A DNA stretch of 64,000 nucleotides, from the NCBI GenBank assembly GCA_041666145.1, contig JBAYHK010000005.1, forward strand, positions 8,921 to 72,920, written 5' to 3'. The notes beneath the pieces are model-generated. The model searched no databases, had not been told where the DNA came from, and saw nothing but the letters and a program-made list of their open reading frames with translations. Position numbers and translations under genes: made by a program. Every line of letters starts with the position of its first letter. Position 1 is the first letter of the stretch. The DNA is from Patescibacteria group bacterium. Its GTDB lineage: Bacteria; Patescibacteriota; Patescibacteriia; UBA9934. Shown one piece after another: positions 30,117-40,240 of this stretch.

Positions 30117-30250
30117 ATTTTTTTACTCAAAATCTTTCAATATAACACCTTCTTAAGTTTTTCATTCCATCTTCTTTTAGCAATTCCGTCTCAACACACT
30201 ACTGTCAGTGAGAATAAGAAAAAACGCCTTCGAGTGTATAGAAATGTTCG

Positions 30251-31651
30251 TTAATCCAAAAAAGCCAAAGCCGCTTCCTCATCCTTTTCAACGAAGATTT
30301 CAACGGCTCGCTTTGCTTTTTCAAGTAGGACTTTTGCTTGTTTACGTAGTTGCAAAGCTTCTAACACCTTGTTTGCAAGTTCTTCTTGTTTTGCATCTGC
30401 GAGCATTGGTATTTTGACCTGCATAGCACTTTCTGGCTTCAAGTGAGCGATAATCGCGCCTCCTGACATTCGCTCAATCTGAGTTTTGCAGTAGAAAGAG
30501 TTGAGGACCAATGCAAGGTAGTTGTTGTTTATCTTTACCTTCGGTTTAAGGCGCAGAAACGCACCACTCATAATTGCATCAACATCCTCATTGAGAGCAA
30601 ACGAAATGCCGATTGTGCCATCTTTTGTGAACAAAACTTCGCCCTTGTTTGGCTTATAGTTTTCCTTCAATCCTTCGTACAACTCTTCTGAAATTTTCTT
30701 CTCAACATCCTCTATGCCGTAGATAGTAAAATCAGAAACACGAATGAAATCTTTCCCTTCTTCTGCATACGCTTCGCTTCCAACTTCAACGCCTTTCTTT
30801 ACTGAAACGATGTCGCCAAGTTTCTCTTGTTGAACTTTTGATACTCTCTTAGTTATCTCATCGTATTTTGGTTGCCAATACTCGGCATCAAAGCGACTGT
30901 CTGCTAACGCTTCGCTAAAGTTTCGGACCGAGATAGTTTCTTCAGTGCCTTTGTAGCCCTCAAGATTGATTTCTTTAAGAAGCATCTGTTCAGCTTCTCT
31001 GTACACGTTCTCGCTCGCTGTTTTCTTTTCGTACGCATCCAAGATAAGCTTCTGAACAGTATTCTCAATCTGTTTTTTGGGTTGTACAATCTTCAGTTCT
31101 TCAAGAATAGTTAGGTTTATGTGTCCCTGAACACCCCCACTTGCAAACCTCATCAACTGAAAACGCCCATACATTGAGTTTAAGAAAGCAGTTAGGTAAA
31201 ACGGGCTTACGTTTTCTTTTGAACGGATAATAATGATATCGGCAGAGTTTGTCTTTTCATCTTCAAGGTAAACTGAAGCGTTGCCAAAAGAACCACTGCG
31301 AGCAATCAAAATGTCGTTCTTAGACACTTGTGATTTTTTGAGCTTTTTATGAAAATCATCGTTTATCCTTTGACATTCTGCTACATCTACAAAAAACTCT
31401 TTCACATTTCGTGTTTGCAATAGTAAAACCCCTTTATCATCGTACTCAGATACCATTGAGCCAACAAAGCCCACATCTATTTTTTCTGAAAGCTCTCCTA
31501 GTAACTCAACATCTTTTCTTTCATTGATTAAGCTATCAAGAGCTACAAAATGAGGGTCGTAATACTCAGCATCAAGACGACCAACTAAATCACTGTAGTT
31601 TATTACCGAGATTGCGAGGTTGTTTTCTTTTGTAATCGTTTGCCAAGACAT
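30251..31651 (-). CDS. Restriction-modification specificity subunit (two TRDs)
   Basis: Duplicated RLDAEYY / RFDAEYW halves with coiled-coil spacers. Confidence 0.85.
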   Translation of the reverse strand: MSWQTITKENNLAISVINYSDLVGRLDAEYYDPHFVALDSLINERKDVELLGELSEKIDVGFVGSMVSEYDDKGVLLLQTRNVKEFFVDVAECQRINDDFHKKLKKSQVSKNDILIARSGSFGNASVYLEDEKTNSADIIIIRSKENVSPFYLTAFLNSMYGRFQLMRFASGGVQGHINLTILEELKIVQPKKQIENTVQKLILDAYEKKTASENVYREAEQMLLKEINLEGYKGTEETISVRNFSEALADSRFDAEYWQPKYDEITKRVSKVQQEKLGDIVSVKKGVEVGSEAYAEEGKDFIRVSDFTIYGIEDVEKKISEELYEGLKENYKPNKGEVLFTKDGTIGISFALNEDVDAIMSGAFLRLKPKVKINNNYLALVLNSFYCKTQIERMSGGAIIAHLKPESAMQVKIPMLADAKQEELANKVLEALQLRKQAKVLLEKAKRAVEIFVEKDEEAALAFLD

Positions 31652-31653
31652 AG

Positions 31654-33591
31654 TTATTTCAAGAAGCTAAGACCTTGCTCTTTACCCCAAGCAACAAAGG
31701 CTTGAGCGATTTCATCGAGGTCGCTTAGATACTCGGGATTGCCATTTTCATCCTTCACGGCTTGTCCTTCTTCGTCTTTCTCAAAAATATAATCACCACT
31801 ATTATCTTTGAATGATTGCTTTTGTGTGGCAAAGAAAATAGGATAATCTTTTACAGTCGAACTTCCACCAGCATCTACTTCATTTTCATTCCACTTCTGC
31901 AAGAAAATAACAGAGGTCTTTGTGCCTGTGTGTGGCTTAAACGAATTACCGTGTAGCCCTACAACCGCCAAGATACGAGCCTTTTGCATTATGTATTTAC
32001 GAACATATTCCTCACTTGTGTTATTAAAAATACCCTGCGGAAGTACGACAGCAAGCCTACCTCCTGCTTTTACAAAATCAAGGTTCTTCTCAATGAAAAG
32101 CAAATGTCTGTCTACTGATTTTTGCATTTTGCCTTTGGCGTTTTTACCGAGAACATATTGCGAGAGAAGGTGTTTTTCTTTTACCTCACCCGCAAAAGGG
32201 GGGTTAGCAAGCAAAACATCAAATTCTAACTCTTTTAAGGAATCTAGATTATCAAAATATTTCGTGTTGTCATCAAAGTATTTTACAAGATCGAGTTCTC
32301 TTAGTTCGCTTTTAAACTTTTCAGGCCACTCTTTGGTATCAAGTGAGGTGGTTTTGTAGATATGACTTTTGCCGTCGCCAGCAATAACCATAATTGCACG
32401 ACTTATCTTTGTTGATTTTTCGTCAAAATCTATACCGAACAAGTATCGCATCGCATACTCTTTCATTCCTGCTTTTGAAAGGTTATCGTTTCTAGCAACA
32501 TACTGCATTGCATGTACCAAGAACCCAGCACTACCGCACGCTGTATCTATGACATATTCTTTTTTCTTTGGGTTCATCATTTGCACACACATATCAATCA
32601 CAATACGAGGCGTAAAGTATTGACCTTTCTTGCCTTTGGCTACATCAGGGAGCAGGTATTCAAAGGCCTCGTCGATGATGCGGAGATTGGAGCCGAACAA
32701 GCGTACGTCCTGTAATTCACCGACACAGATAGAGAGATGTTCAGGCGATAGCTTGATTCTGTCAGTCCTCTCAAAGATTTCAGGCCATTCTTTTTTTGCG
32801 TCCTCAAATAAATCGTCAATTACTTTTTTTGTATCCTCAGGCTTGCCATTAGGACTCTTTCTGAAATAGAGCTCTTCGCCATTGCGAGAAATGGCCTCCT
32901 TTTCGTCGTAGAGCTTTGAATAGATGAGTTTAAATATCTCATCAAAGCTATCAAAACCGGATTGAGCAAGTACCAATTCTTCAAGTGTTGTAATAATTAT
33001 CTTAAGATCTTGTTCATGCAGATCTTTAAGAACCTTTCGTTTTTGAAGAACATCGGAAACATCTTCTCCGTATGCGGGTATTTGATCTAAAGTATCAAAA
33101 TCCTTTGGATACGGACGGAACAATATCAACTGATACTTGCCATTAAGCGCAACACCAATCGGCGAACCCTCTGCATTCAAATATGACTTTAACTGCTGAA
33201 TATCATTCTCGACATTTGGCGCTTTGACTTCGATAATCATCTTTATCGTTTGCCAAGTTTCGTTTGTATACACGACAATATCAGCTCGTTTATTGTCATT
33301 TTTCTCACGACCAAACTGCACGATCTTTTCAAGTTCGATGTGTGCCTTTGGATACTTGTACTTCTTTGTAAGTTCTAAAAGGTAAAGCTGACGAACAATT
33401 TCCTCGGGCGCAGATTTACCCGTCTTTTCATTGTAGACAAGTTTTTCTTCCTCTAATCTCGAAATAGATTTTACGTAATACTTACCCTCCTCCTTTTGAT
33501 ATATTTCAATCTTGGCCAAATCATCGAACATTAGAAGATCCTGTTCGGGATTTTTAAAGATTTTACTTAAAATCTGCTGAGTTATGGTCAT
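31654..33591 (-). CDS. Fused endonuclease/N6-adenine methyltransferase (BcgI-like Type IIB/IIG RM subunit)
   Basis: PEEIVRQ and RADIVV..IIEVK nuclease N-terminus; GQYFTP, DTACGSAGFL, NPPF. Confidence 0.88.
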   Translation of the reverse strand: MTITQQILSKIFKNPEQDLLMFDDLAKIEIYQKEEGKYYVKSISRLEEEKLVYNEKTGKSAPEEIVRQLYLLELTKKYKYPKAHIELEKIVQFGREKNDNKRADIVVYTNETWQTIKMIIEVKAPNVENDIQQLKSYLNAEGSPIGVALNGKYQLILFRPYPKDFDTLDQIPAYGEDVSDVLQKRKVLKDLHEQDLKIIITTLEELVLAQSGFDSFDEIFKLIYSKLYDEKEAISRNGEELYFRKSPNGKPEDTKKVIDDLFEDAKKEWPEIFERTDRIKLSPEHLSICVGELQDVRLFGSNLRIIDEAFEYLLPDVAKGKKGQYFTPRIVIDMCVQMMNPKKKEYVIDTACGSAGFLVHAMQYVARNDNLSKAGMKEYAMRYLFGIDFDEKSTKISRAIMVIAGDGKSHIYKTTSLDTKEWPEKFKSELRELDLVKYFDDNTKYFDNLDSLKELEFDVLLANPPFAGEVKEKHLLSQYVLGKNAKGKMQKSVDRHLLFIEKNLDFVKAGGRLAVVLPQGIFNNTSEEYVRKYIMQKARILAVVGLHGNSFKPHTGTKTSVIFLQKWNENEVDAGGSSTVKDYPIFFATQKQSFKDNSGDYIFEKDEEGQAVKDENGNPEYLSDLDEIAQAFVAWGKEQGLSFLK

Positions 33592-33605
33592 ATTTTTTGG
33601 CCGAA

Positions 33606-34649
33606 TTATAAATACCTCGCCTTATTCCTCAAATGTTCCTCATACGTTTCTGCATAATAGATGTCGCCTTCGTCTGTTGTGAGGAAGTAATAATAATCAT
33701 TATGCGTTGGGTGAAGGACAGCGTTGAGGGCGTTGAGGCCTGGGGCAGAAATTGGGCCGGGTGGGAGGCCGGGGTTTTTGTAGGTGTTGTAAGGGGAATC
33801 CACTTCAAGATCGGCGTAGGTTGGGCTTGGGTTATCGCCGTCAATGATGTAGTTAATGGTGGCATCGGATTGAAGCGGCATGCCAATGTCTAATCGTTTC
33901 AAGAAAACATCAGCAACATTTTTCATGGTCTCTGCAGTGCGAACTTCTTTTTCAACAATCGAAGCCAACGTAAGAATGTCATGCGTACTCATGCCTGCAG
34001 AATCGCCGGTTGCAACACCAATCTCATTCACTCGCGTTTCCATGGTACGCAACATGGTTTCTGCAATCACGTCTGCGGTGGCGTCCGTATTGAATTCGTA
34101 GGTATCTGGAAAAAGATAGCCTTCTAAATCAACGCCAGATGGCTTTCCTGCGCTTACCACAAATGGATCGCTCGCAAGCTCACTCTTTGCCGAAGTCGCA
34201 AACTGCCACGCTTCAAGAGAAATCTCTGGCAATGCGGCATGAATACGCTCCCCCATTTGCACAAGAGAAAATCCTTCTGGAATCGTAATGCGCACCGATG
34301 TTGATTGAATGCTTTGTAAGGTATCGATAATCGCAGAATAACTCATGCCCTCTTGAAAAACATAGGTTCCCGGATAGACCGTCTCGACATCAAACAATCG
34401 TGCATACACCCGAAGCCAAAACGAGCTTGCAATATCGTTCTGATGCAACCTTGATGCAACGGTTCCAAAAATATCAGTCTCCTCTACGGTCATTGGAATG
34501 TCTTTTGCGTCAGCATTTGGCTCCCGCAACCATGCCGCATTCACAAAGAGATAGCTCGCAATAAGAAAAAAGACGACGACCATGCCGACAAACGCGGAAA
34601 GAATTTGTAAACGACCAGGAAAACGAGAAGGTTGGTAGGGATAAGGCAT
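33606..34649 (-). CDS. mltG: Endolytic transglycosylase MltG
   Basis: TIPEG, LEGYLFPDTY, LASIVEKE, SPYNTY..PGLPPGPI. Confidence 0.93.
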   Translation of the reverse strand: MPYPYQPSRFPGRLQILSAFVGMVVVFFLIASYLFVNAAWLREPNADAKDIPMTVEETDIFGTVASRLHQNDIASSFWLRVYARLFDVETVYPGTYVFQEGMSYSAIIDTLQSIQSTSVRITIPEGFSLVQMGERIHAALPEISLEAWQFATSAKSELASDPFVVSAGKPSGVDLEGYLFPDTYEFNTDATADVIAETMLRTMETRVNEIGVATGDSAGMSTHDILTLASIVEKEVRTAETMKNVADVFLKRLDIGMPLQSDATINYIIDGDNPSPTYADLEVDSPYNTYKNPGLPPGPISAPGLNALNAVLHPTHNDYYYFLTTDEGDIYYAETYEEHLRNKARYL

Positions 34650-34660
34650 AGGGGTGAGCG

Positions 34661-34810
34661 ACCTCCTCATACTCCCCCTTGGTAAGGGGGAGGTAGCTTG
34701 GCGGACGCGAGAGGAAAAGAAAGTGATGAGAGTAAAGAATTGATGTGTGTCGGGAGTGAAGACCGCGTCTTCCCCCTCCTTAACAAGGAGGGGGCTAGGG
34801 GGAGGTAGCT
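34661..34810. repeat. Pair of REP-like palindromes with a 13-bp direct repeat
   Basis: CTCCCCCTT-GGT-AAGGGGGAG (34672-34692) and CCCCCTCCTT-AAC-AAGGAGGGGG (34772-34794); GGGGGAGGTAGCT at 34686 and 34798. Confidence 0.75.
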
Positions 34811-35550
34811 CATCGCTTCTTCATCTTTTCAATATGCGCAGCAACACGAGCTAATCGTTCTGGGGTACCGCTATCAAACCATGGCTCGGTTGCATGATAA
34901 AAACCAACTGGCCTGCCAGAGCGCGCAATTCTTGGCCAAAGATGCACTTCATTTGATATTGGCAAAACGTCGTCTACCACGTCACGAACGGATTTATTCA
35001 TGACATACCAACCAGAACTAATGAACCCCGTTTCTTTTCCAAGAAGCTCAAGTTCAGACTGCGATCGATCGACATACGCTTCAAGATTTTTGCGTTCTAC
35101 ACTTGGACGCAAAATTTCATATTTCGCAATATCTGCGCTTGGAAGTTCAATGGCGGCGATTGTTGCGATCTCTCCGTACTTTTTATGATGCTCTATAAAC
35201 GCGGGAACGTTGATCCAAAAAAGATTGTCTGCGTTTGCCACGATGAAATCATCTGCAACGTCATCCCAATTCACAAGCTTCGTCCAGCCACCAGTGCCCA
35301 TTGGTTCTGGTTCGACAAGATACGAAAGTTGCATGCCGAGCCTTGATCCTTCACCAAACTCATCAACGATCATGTGGCCAAGATGTGCAACAGAAATCGC
35401 AACATTCGTTATTCCAGCAGCTTGAAGATGTTCAAGAACGTACTGCATCATTGGCTTGCCATGAATTGGTACGAGTGGCTTTGGAAGATGGTCTGTTAAT
35501 GGTGCAAGACGCGTTCCTTTTCCGCCTGCAAGAAGAATTGCTTCAATCAT
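34810..35550 (-). CDS. Sugar-phosphate nucleotidyltransferase family
   Basis: LAGGKGTRLAPLT..PKPL, EP.GTGG, WFDSGT. Confidence 0.9.
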   Translation of the reverse strand: MIEAILLAGGKGTRLAPLTDHLPKPLVPIHGKPMMQYVLEHLQAAGITNVAISVAHLGHMIVDEFGEGSRLGMQLSYLVEPEPMGTGGWTKLVNWDDVADDFIVANADNLFWINVPAFIEHHKKYGEIATIAAIELPSADIAKYEILRPSVERKNLEAYVDRSQSELELLGKETGFISSGWYVMNKSVRDVVDDVLPISNEVHLWPRIARSGRPVGFYHATEPWFDSGTPERLARVAAHIEKMKKR

Positions 35551-35570
35551 ATCTGCTCCATTTCTATCAC

Positions 35571-35600
35571 AAAACGCGGACTCTTTCGAGCCCGCGTTTT
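35571..35600 (-). terminator. Intrinsic terminator after the surface protein gene
   Basis: AAAACGCGG..CTC-TTTC-GAG.CCGCGTTTT. Confidence 0.65.
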
Positions 35601-35612
35601 GAATGGTAACTT

Positions 35613-38114
35613 CTACGCGTTCAGTTCACTTCGAGTGCTCATGCCACTTGTATCTACATCAATTTCCGATGCAGACTGAATATCATCTCCGATTGTGAAT
35701 TGACCCCATGCCGTTGCAGGAACGTCAATCACGTAATCTGCCCAATTCGATCCATACAATTCCGTCGCAAGAGCTTCGGAAGTAATCCATCGAAGAATGT
35801 TGCCCTCCTCGAGCGCGTAAACATTATTCACTGATTGCACCTTAATCAAAACAGATCCAGCCTTCGCCATCATCGGAGCACCAATAGGATAGTTTGTAAG
35901 GCTCTCATCCGTTACGTTAACAACTGAACTGAAATCATCTGCATAGGTGAAGAAAGTTTGGCTGTCCAAGAATGGGCGACGAGCTCCGTCTGCACCAATA
36001 AAGTACACAGTGCTCCACGATTCCCCTCTCATGAAGGTTCCTTCAGCGAGCAATGTTGTAGCATCGCCCGAATCTGTTGAAGTTTCATCTGAAATCGATT
36101 CTTCTGTTCCGATACTGAAGGCATCAGAAGAATCTGTAGCAAGAACAGTTACAAGGTCTGTCCCTTCTGCAAGAATCGTTACACTCTGTGCAGAAATACT
36201 TGGGGCAGTCCATGTATACGCACCATCATTCACAGTATTCTCAATGATCGAATTTGACGTCACCCCTCCATCTGTTGAATACGCAAGATTCACATAACTT
36301 GGCGTGCCCGTGCCGCTTGAAGTGTTCCAAGCAATTGCAATTTCATCTCCCGGCATGAACACATCCGCAGCTACAGGAAGAGTCATCATGATTCCGTAAG
36401 TTAATGGAGTTGACGAATATTCAGAAGCTGAGGAAGTTCTCGTAATAGTGTCTGCGGTAACAGCGGCGTCTGTGTCGTGAACTGCGTCTGCCGAAGTTGT
36501 TGTTGTAATTGTATATGTTCCAGTCGATCCTGCTGTACCAGGATTTACAATCATACTGATTGTACAAATCTGCGCACCGGCAGCTTCAGCGTCTCCTCCG
36601 CTCCGAGTCAATGTCACAACCTGTCCAGCAACAGCCGTAGTAAATGAGCCATTCATAGTAGAACACGTTCCACCGGTTGCGCCAGTAACGTTAAATCCGG
36701 AAGGGAATGTGACCACAATCTTTCCCGTCGATTCCAATGCATTAACCATTGTAAAATACACTGTCGCTGTACTTGATGTTGCGCTCCTCAAATTTGATGG
36801 CTCAACATTTGTAGAGGTTAATGTAGCCGCAACAATGGTATCTGCAGTAACAGCAGAGTCAGAGTCATGAACAACGCCTGAAGAATTTCTCGTTTTAATC
36901 ATGTAAGTCCCAGTCGAACCTGCAGTTACTGGATTTACTATTGCATTAATCGTACATGTCTTTGCGCCAATCGTCGCAGTACTACCGCCACTTCGAGTTA
37001 GCGTTACCACTTGATCTGCAACGGTAGTAGTAAATGAACCATCCATTCCGGAACACGTTCCACCGGTTGCACCAGTAACCCCATATCCACTTGGAAATGT
37101 GACTTCAATCTTTCCATCTAATTCCAATGTATTGAGCATGGTAAAAGTAGCCGTCGCCATACCAGACGCCCCAGCAATCAACGTCGCTGGTTGTACATTT
37201 GTCGATCCTAGCGCCCCTGGAGAAATAGTATCTGCAGCAACGGCAGCGTCTGTATCGTGAACTGCATCTGCTGAAGTTGTTGTTGTGATTGTATAGGTTC
37301 CAGTTGATCCCATAATTCCCGGGTTCGAGATTCCACTGACCGTACAAGAATGTGCACCAGCCAATGCGACCCCACCAGTACTACGCGTCAATATTACAGT
37401 CTGAGTATCGACACTCGTAGCAAATGAACCGTCCATAGTAGAACACGCCCCGCTTGCTGCACTTGCTACATTAAATCCTGATGGAAAGGTAACCTTAATC
37501 TTTCCATTTGCTTCGAGTGTATTCACCGAAGTAAATGTGATCGTCACTGTGGTAGATGCCCCAGCAGTTAATGTTGAAGGCTGAACGTTTGTTGATGTTA
37601 ATGCTGCGGCGACGATAGTATCTGCAGCAACGGCAGCATCAACGTCGACCTCAACATTCGATACGTCAGTCGTTTGGATTGTGTAAGTTCCAGTGGAACC
37701 GGCAACATTAGGATTTACGATTCCGTTAATTGTACAGGTCTGCGGTCCAGTGGCCTCTGGATTATTTCCAGGACCTCCACGAGCGATCGTGACGACTTGA
37801 TCTGCAACGGTAGTAGTAAATACGCCATCCATCGTTGAACAAGTTCCTCCACTTGCACCGGCTACATTAAATCCTGATGGAAAGGTAACTTTAATTTTTC
37901 CATCCCCTGGAAGTTCTGTTGCCGTTGTAAATGTGGCTGTAACAACACTCGTAGCCCCAGCAACTAATGACGCAGGCTGAACGTTCGTTGATGTCAAACC
38001 CGCAGCATGAGCAAACTGTGCAGTCCCAAGAAATCCAGACAGCGCAATCATGGTACCTGTGAGTACTGCAGCAATGCGTTTTGCGGCAGCCAATCGTGTT
38101 CGCGTTTCAATCAT
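35613..38114 (-). CDS. Secreted Thr-rich surface protein with four ~130-aa beta repeats
   Basis: Signal peptide ending AHA; four copies of LTSTNVQP...GKI.VTFPSG..C...C.I..I.NP..GSTGTYTI..ADTI; distinct C-terminal domain. Confidence 0.85.
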   Translation of the reverse strand: MIETRTRLAAAKRIAAVLTGTMIALSGFLGTAQFAHAAGLTSTNVQPASLVAGATSVVTATFTTATELPGDGKIKVTFPSGFNVAGASGGTCSTMDGVFTTTVADQVVTIARGGPGNNPEATGPQTCTINGIVNPNVAGSTGTYTIQTTDVSNVEVDVDAAVAADTIVAAALTSTNVQPSTLTAGASTTVTITFTSVNTLEANGKIKVTFPSGFNVASAASGACSTMDGSFATSVDTQTVILTRSTGGVALAGAHSCTVSGISNPGIMGSTGTYTITTTTSADAVHDTDAAVAADTISPGALGSTNVQPATLIAGASGMATATFTMLNTLELDGKIEVTFPSGYGVTGATGGTCSGMDGSFTTTVADQVVTLTRSGGSTATIGAKTCTINAIVNPVTAGSTGTYMIKTRNSSGVVHDSDSAVTADTIVAATLTSTNVEPSNLRSATSSTATVYFTMVNALESTGKIVVTFPSGFNVTGATGGTCSTMNGSFTTAVAGQVVTLTRSGGDAEAAGAQICTISMIVNPGTAGSTGTYTITTTTSADAVHDTDAAVTADTITRTSSASEYSSTPLTYGIMMTLPVAADVFMPGDEIAIAWNTSSGTGTPSYVNLAYSTDGGVTSNSIIENTVNDGAYTWTAPSISAQSVTILAEGTDLVTVLATDSSDAFSIGTEESISDETSTDSGDATTLLAEGTFMRGESWSTVYFIGADGARRPFLDSQTFFTYADDFSSVVNVTDESLTNYPIGAPMMAKAGSVLIKVQSVNNVYALEEGNILRWITSEALATELYGSNWADYVIDVPATAWGQFTIGDDIQSASEIDVDTSGMSTRSELNA

Positions 38115-38180
38115 AAGATATGAGTGAATAAAAATTGTTCCTTCTAAGCATACTCCACATAACCCAAAGTCAATGTTTCA

Positions 38181-38189
38181 TTATCCACA
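38181..38189 (+). promoter_or_regulatory. Perfect DnaA box
   Basis: TTATCCACA in the intergenic region upstream of the surface protein gene. Confidence 0.4.
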
Positions 38190-38279
38190 AAATTCTATAA
38201 AACTGAAAGAAAAATACTCGTGACCACTAAGCTAAAAAACAAATCGAGTATTGCCAAATTATGAATCGAATCCATGCAC

Positions 38280-39881
38280 CTAAAGCAATGGAGTCCCTGT
38301 CATTTCTGGGGGCTGAGGAATACCAAGAATTGCTAACATAGTCGGCGCAATATCTGCCAATATACCGCACGGAGGCATGAGAGAAAGGTCGCCGTCTGGT
38401 GCATCACCAGCAATCGAAGGCTTCCCTTCAAACTGCTTTCCAACAATCCAAAAAGGCACTGGATTTGTTGAATGCTCTTTATCAATATCATGAGTCTGTA
38501 AATTCAAAACTTCTTCTGCATTTCCGTGATCCGCTGTTATAAAAATCACTCCATCTTTTGCCAAAACTGCCTCAACAATCTTCCCCACACATCCATCAAT
38601 CGTCTCTACACCCTTAATTGTTGCCTCCAAATCACCCGTATGCCCAACCATGTCTGCATTTGCAAAATTCGCAATAATTACATCGTAATTATTGCTACCA
38701 ATCTCTTCTAAAATCTTATCAGCAATAGAAATCGCGCTCATCTCTGGCGCCTCAGAATACGAAGAAACGTGAGGGGAAGGAATAAGCGCTCGATCTTCAT
38801 GTAAAAACGGCTCCTCACGTGTTCCATTAAAGAAAAATGTTACATGCGCATACTTTTCTGTTTCTGCTACATGAAGTTGCACCAGCCCTGCATCTGAAAG
38901 AACTTCCGCGAGTGGATGAATCACCTTTTCTGGCGTAAAAGCAACAGAAACTGGCAATCCAGATTCATATTCGGTCATTGTTACAAACAATACATCGCGA
39001 ATTGGTTCGCGATGGAACGATTCAAAAACCGGCATAACAAAAGCCTTTGTAAGTTCACGAGCACGATCTGGACGATAATTCCAAAAAATAACCGCATCCC
39101 CTGGAGTAACCACTGCCACAGGCTTACCGTCCTTCTGCAATACAGTCGGAACAAATTCTTCATCATAAACTTCACGCGAATATGACAGCTCAAGCGCTGC
39201 AATCGGATCTTCCGCAACGGCATCGGATCGACCAAGTGCAATAGCGTTATACGCCTTCTCGATCCTGTCCCAGCGATTGTCTCTGTCCATTGCAAAATAT
39301 CTTCCGCTAATTGTCGCAAGCTGCCCAATGCCAATCTCCTTCATGTGCGCAATCGCATTTTTTATAAAATCAAGTCCAGCATTATAAAGCGTATCTCTTC
39401 CATCTAACATTGCATGAACTGCAACGCGCTTTATTCCATGTTCTTTCGCCATTCGAAGCAATGCATAACAATGTTCATCAAACCCATGAACTTTTCCGGA
39501 AGAAAGTATTCCCATGAGATGAAGCGTTCCACCTGAAGATTTCACTTTATCTATTGCCGAAACAAGTGCCTCATTTTTCATGAATTCACCATTTGTAATA
39601 GCTTTTCCTAAACGCGGCAAAGTCTGGTAATACACGCGTCCCGCACCTATCGCCAAATGTCCAACCTCGCTATTCCCCATCTCACCCCAATTCAGTCCAA
39701 CCTCTTCACTTGACGCCCGTAATGTCATTGACGGATATCGTTGCGTCAGCATGTGAAACGTTGGAGTTTGTGCACGAGTAATCGCATTCCCTTCTGAGTC
39801 AGGAGCAATGCCAAATCCGTCTAAAACCAAAAGAACCACAGGACGTGGACGATGAACATTGCCAGATTGATCAGGCGACAT
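38280..39881 (-). CDS. gpmI: 2,3-BPG-independent phosphoglycerate mutase
   Basis: LDGFG, MGNSEVGH, DGRD, AETEKYAHVTFF, DMVGH, TADHGN. Confidence 0.97.
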   Translation of the reverse strand: MSPDQSGNVHRPRPVVLLVLDGFGIAPDSEGNAITRAQTPTFHMLTQRYPSMTLRASSEEVGLNWGEMGNSEVGHLAIGAGRVYYQTLPRLGKAITNGEFMKNEALVSAIDKVKSSGGTLHLMGILSSGKVHGFDEHCYALLRMAKEHGIKRVAVHAMLDGRDTLYNAGLDFIKNAIAHMKEIGIGQLATISGRYFAMDRDNRWDRIEKAYNAIALGRSDAVAEDPIAALELSYSREVYDEEFVPTVLQKDGKPVAVVTPGDAVIFWNYRPDRARELTKAFVMPVFESFHREPIRDVLFVTMTEYESGLPVSVAFTPEKVIHPLAEVLSDAGLVQLHVAETEKYAHVTFFFNGTREEPFLHEDRALIPSPHVSSYSEAPEMSAISIADKILEEIGSNNYDVIIANFANADMVGHTGDLEATIKGVETIDGCVGKIVEAVLAKDGVIFITADHGNAEEVLNLQTHDIDKEHSTNPVPFWIVGKQFEGKPSIAGDAPDGDLSLMPPCGILADIAPTMLAILGIPQPPEMTGTPLL

Positions 39882-39911
39882 AGATATCGCCATTCTACCA
39901 TGAAAAATGCC

Positions 39912-40238
39912 TTATCGGACAGCAACTACGTTCGTATTTACTTCAATAAATACAGAAGGTGTTAACGATTGAAGACCTAAAAATGCTTCCCGTGTTTTCA
40001 CACTATGAAGGGATCGCAATTTTGCAATTTGTATATCAAGCCGATCTCGTTCATTACGAAGCTCCACATTCCGTTGCTGCAATTCTCGAACCGCATATCC
40101 CTTTGTGGCCGCAGCATTCACCTGAGCAACATATAAAATTCCAAAAGCGACCATGCTGCCAGCCATTACTACAGACAACACTCGAGGATTCTTAACGATC
40201 CGCTTTAATAATGAAAATTTTCCTCCTTGAATATCCAT
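39912..40238 (-). CDS. ftsL: FtsL-like cell division protein
   Basis: TM plus coiled coil, immediately after rsmH. Confidence 0.6.
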   Translation of the reverse strand: MDIQGGKFSLLKRIVKNPRVLSVVMAGSMVAFGILYVAQVNAAATKGYAVRELQQRNVELRNERDRLDIQIAKLRSLHSVKTREAFLGLQSLTPSVFIEVNTNVVAVR

Positions 40239-40240
40239 AC

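Noticed and set aside
35613-38114. DGR template/variable repeat pair
   Set aside because: The repeats are in-frame domain duplications, differences are not adenine-specific, and no reverse transcriptase is present
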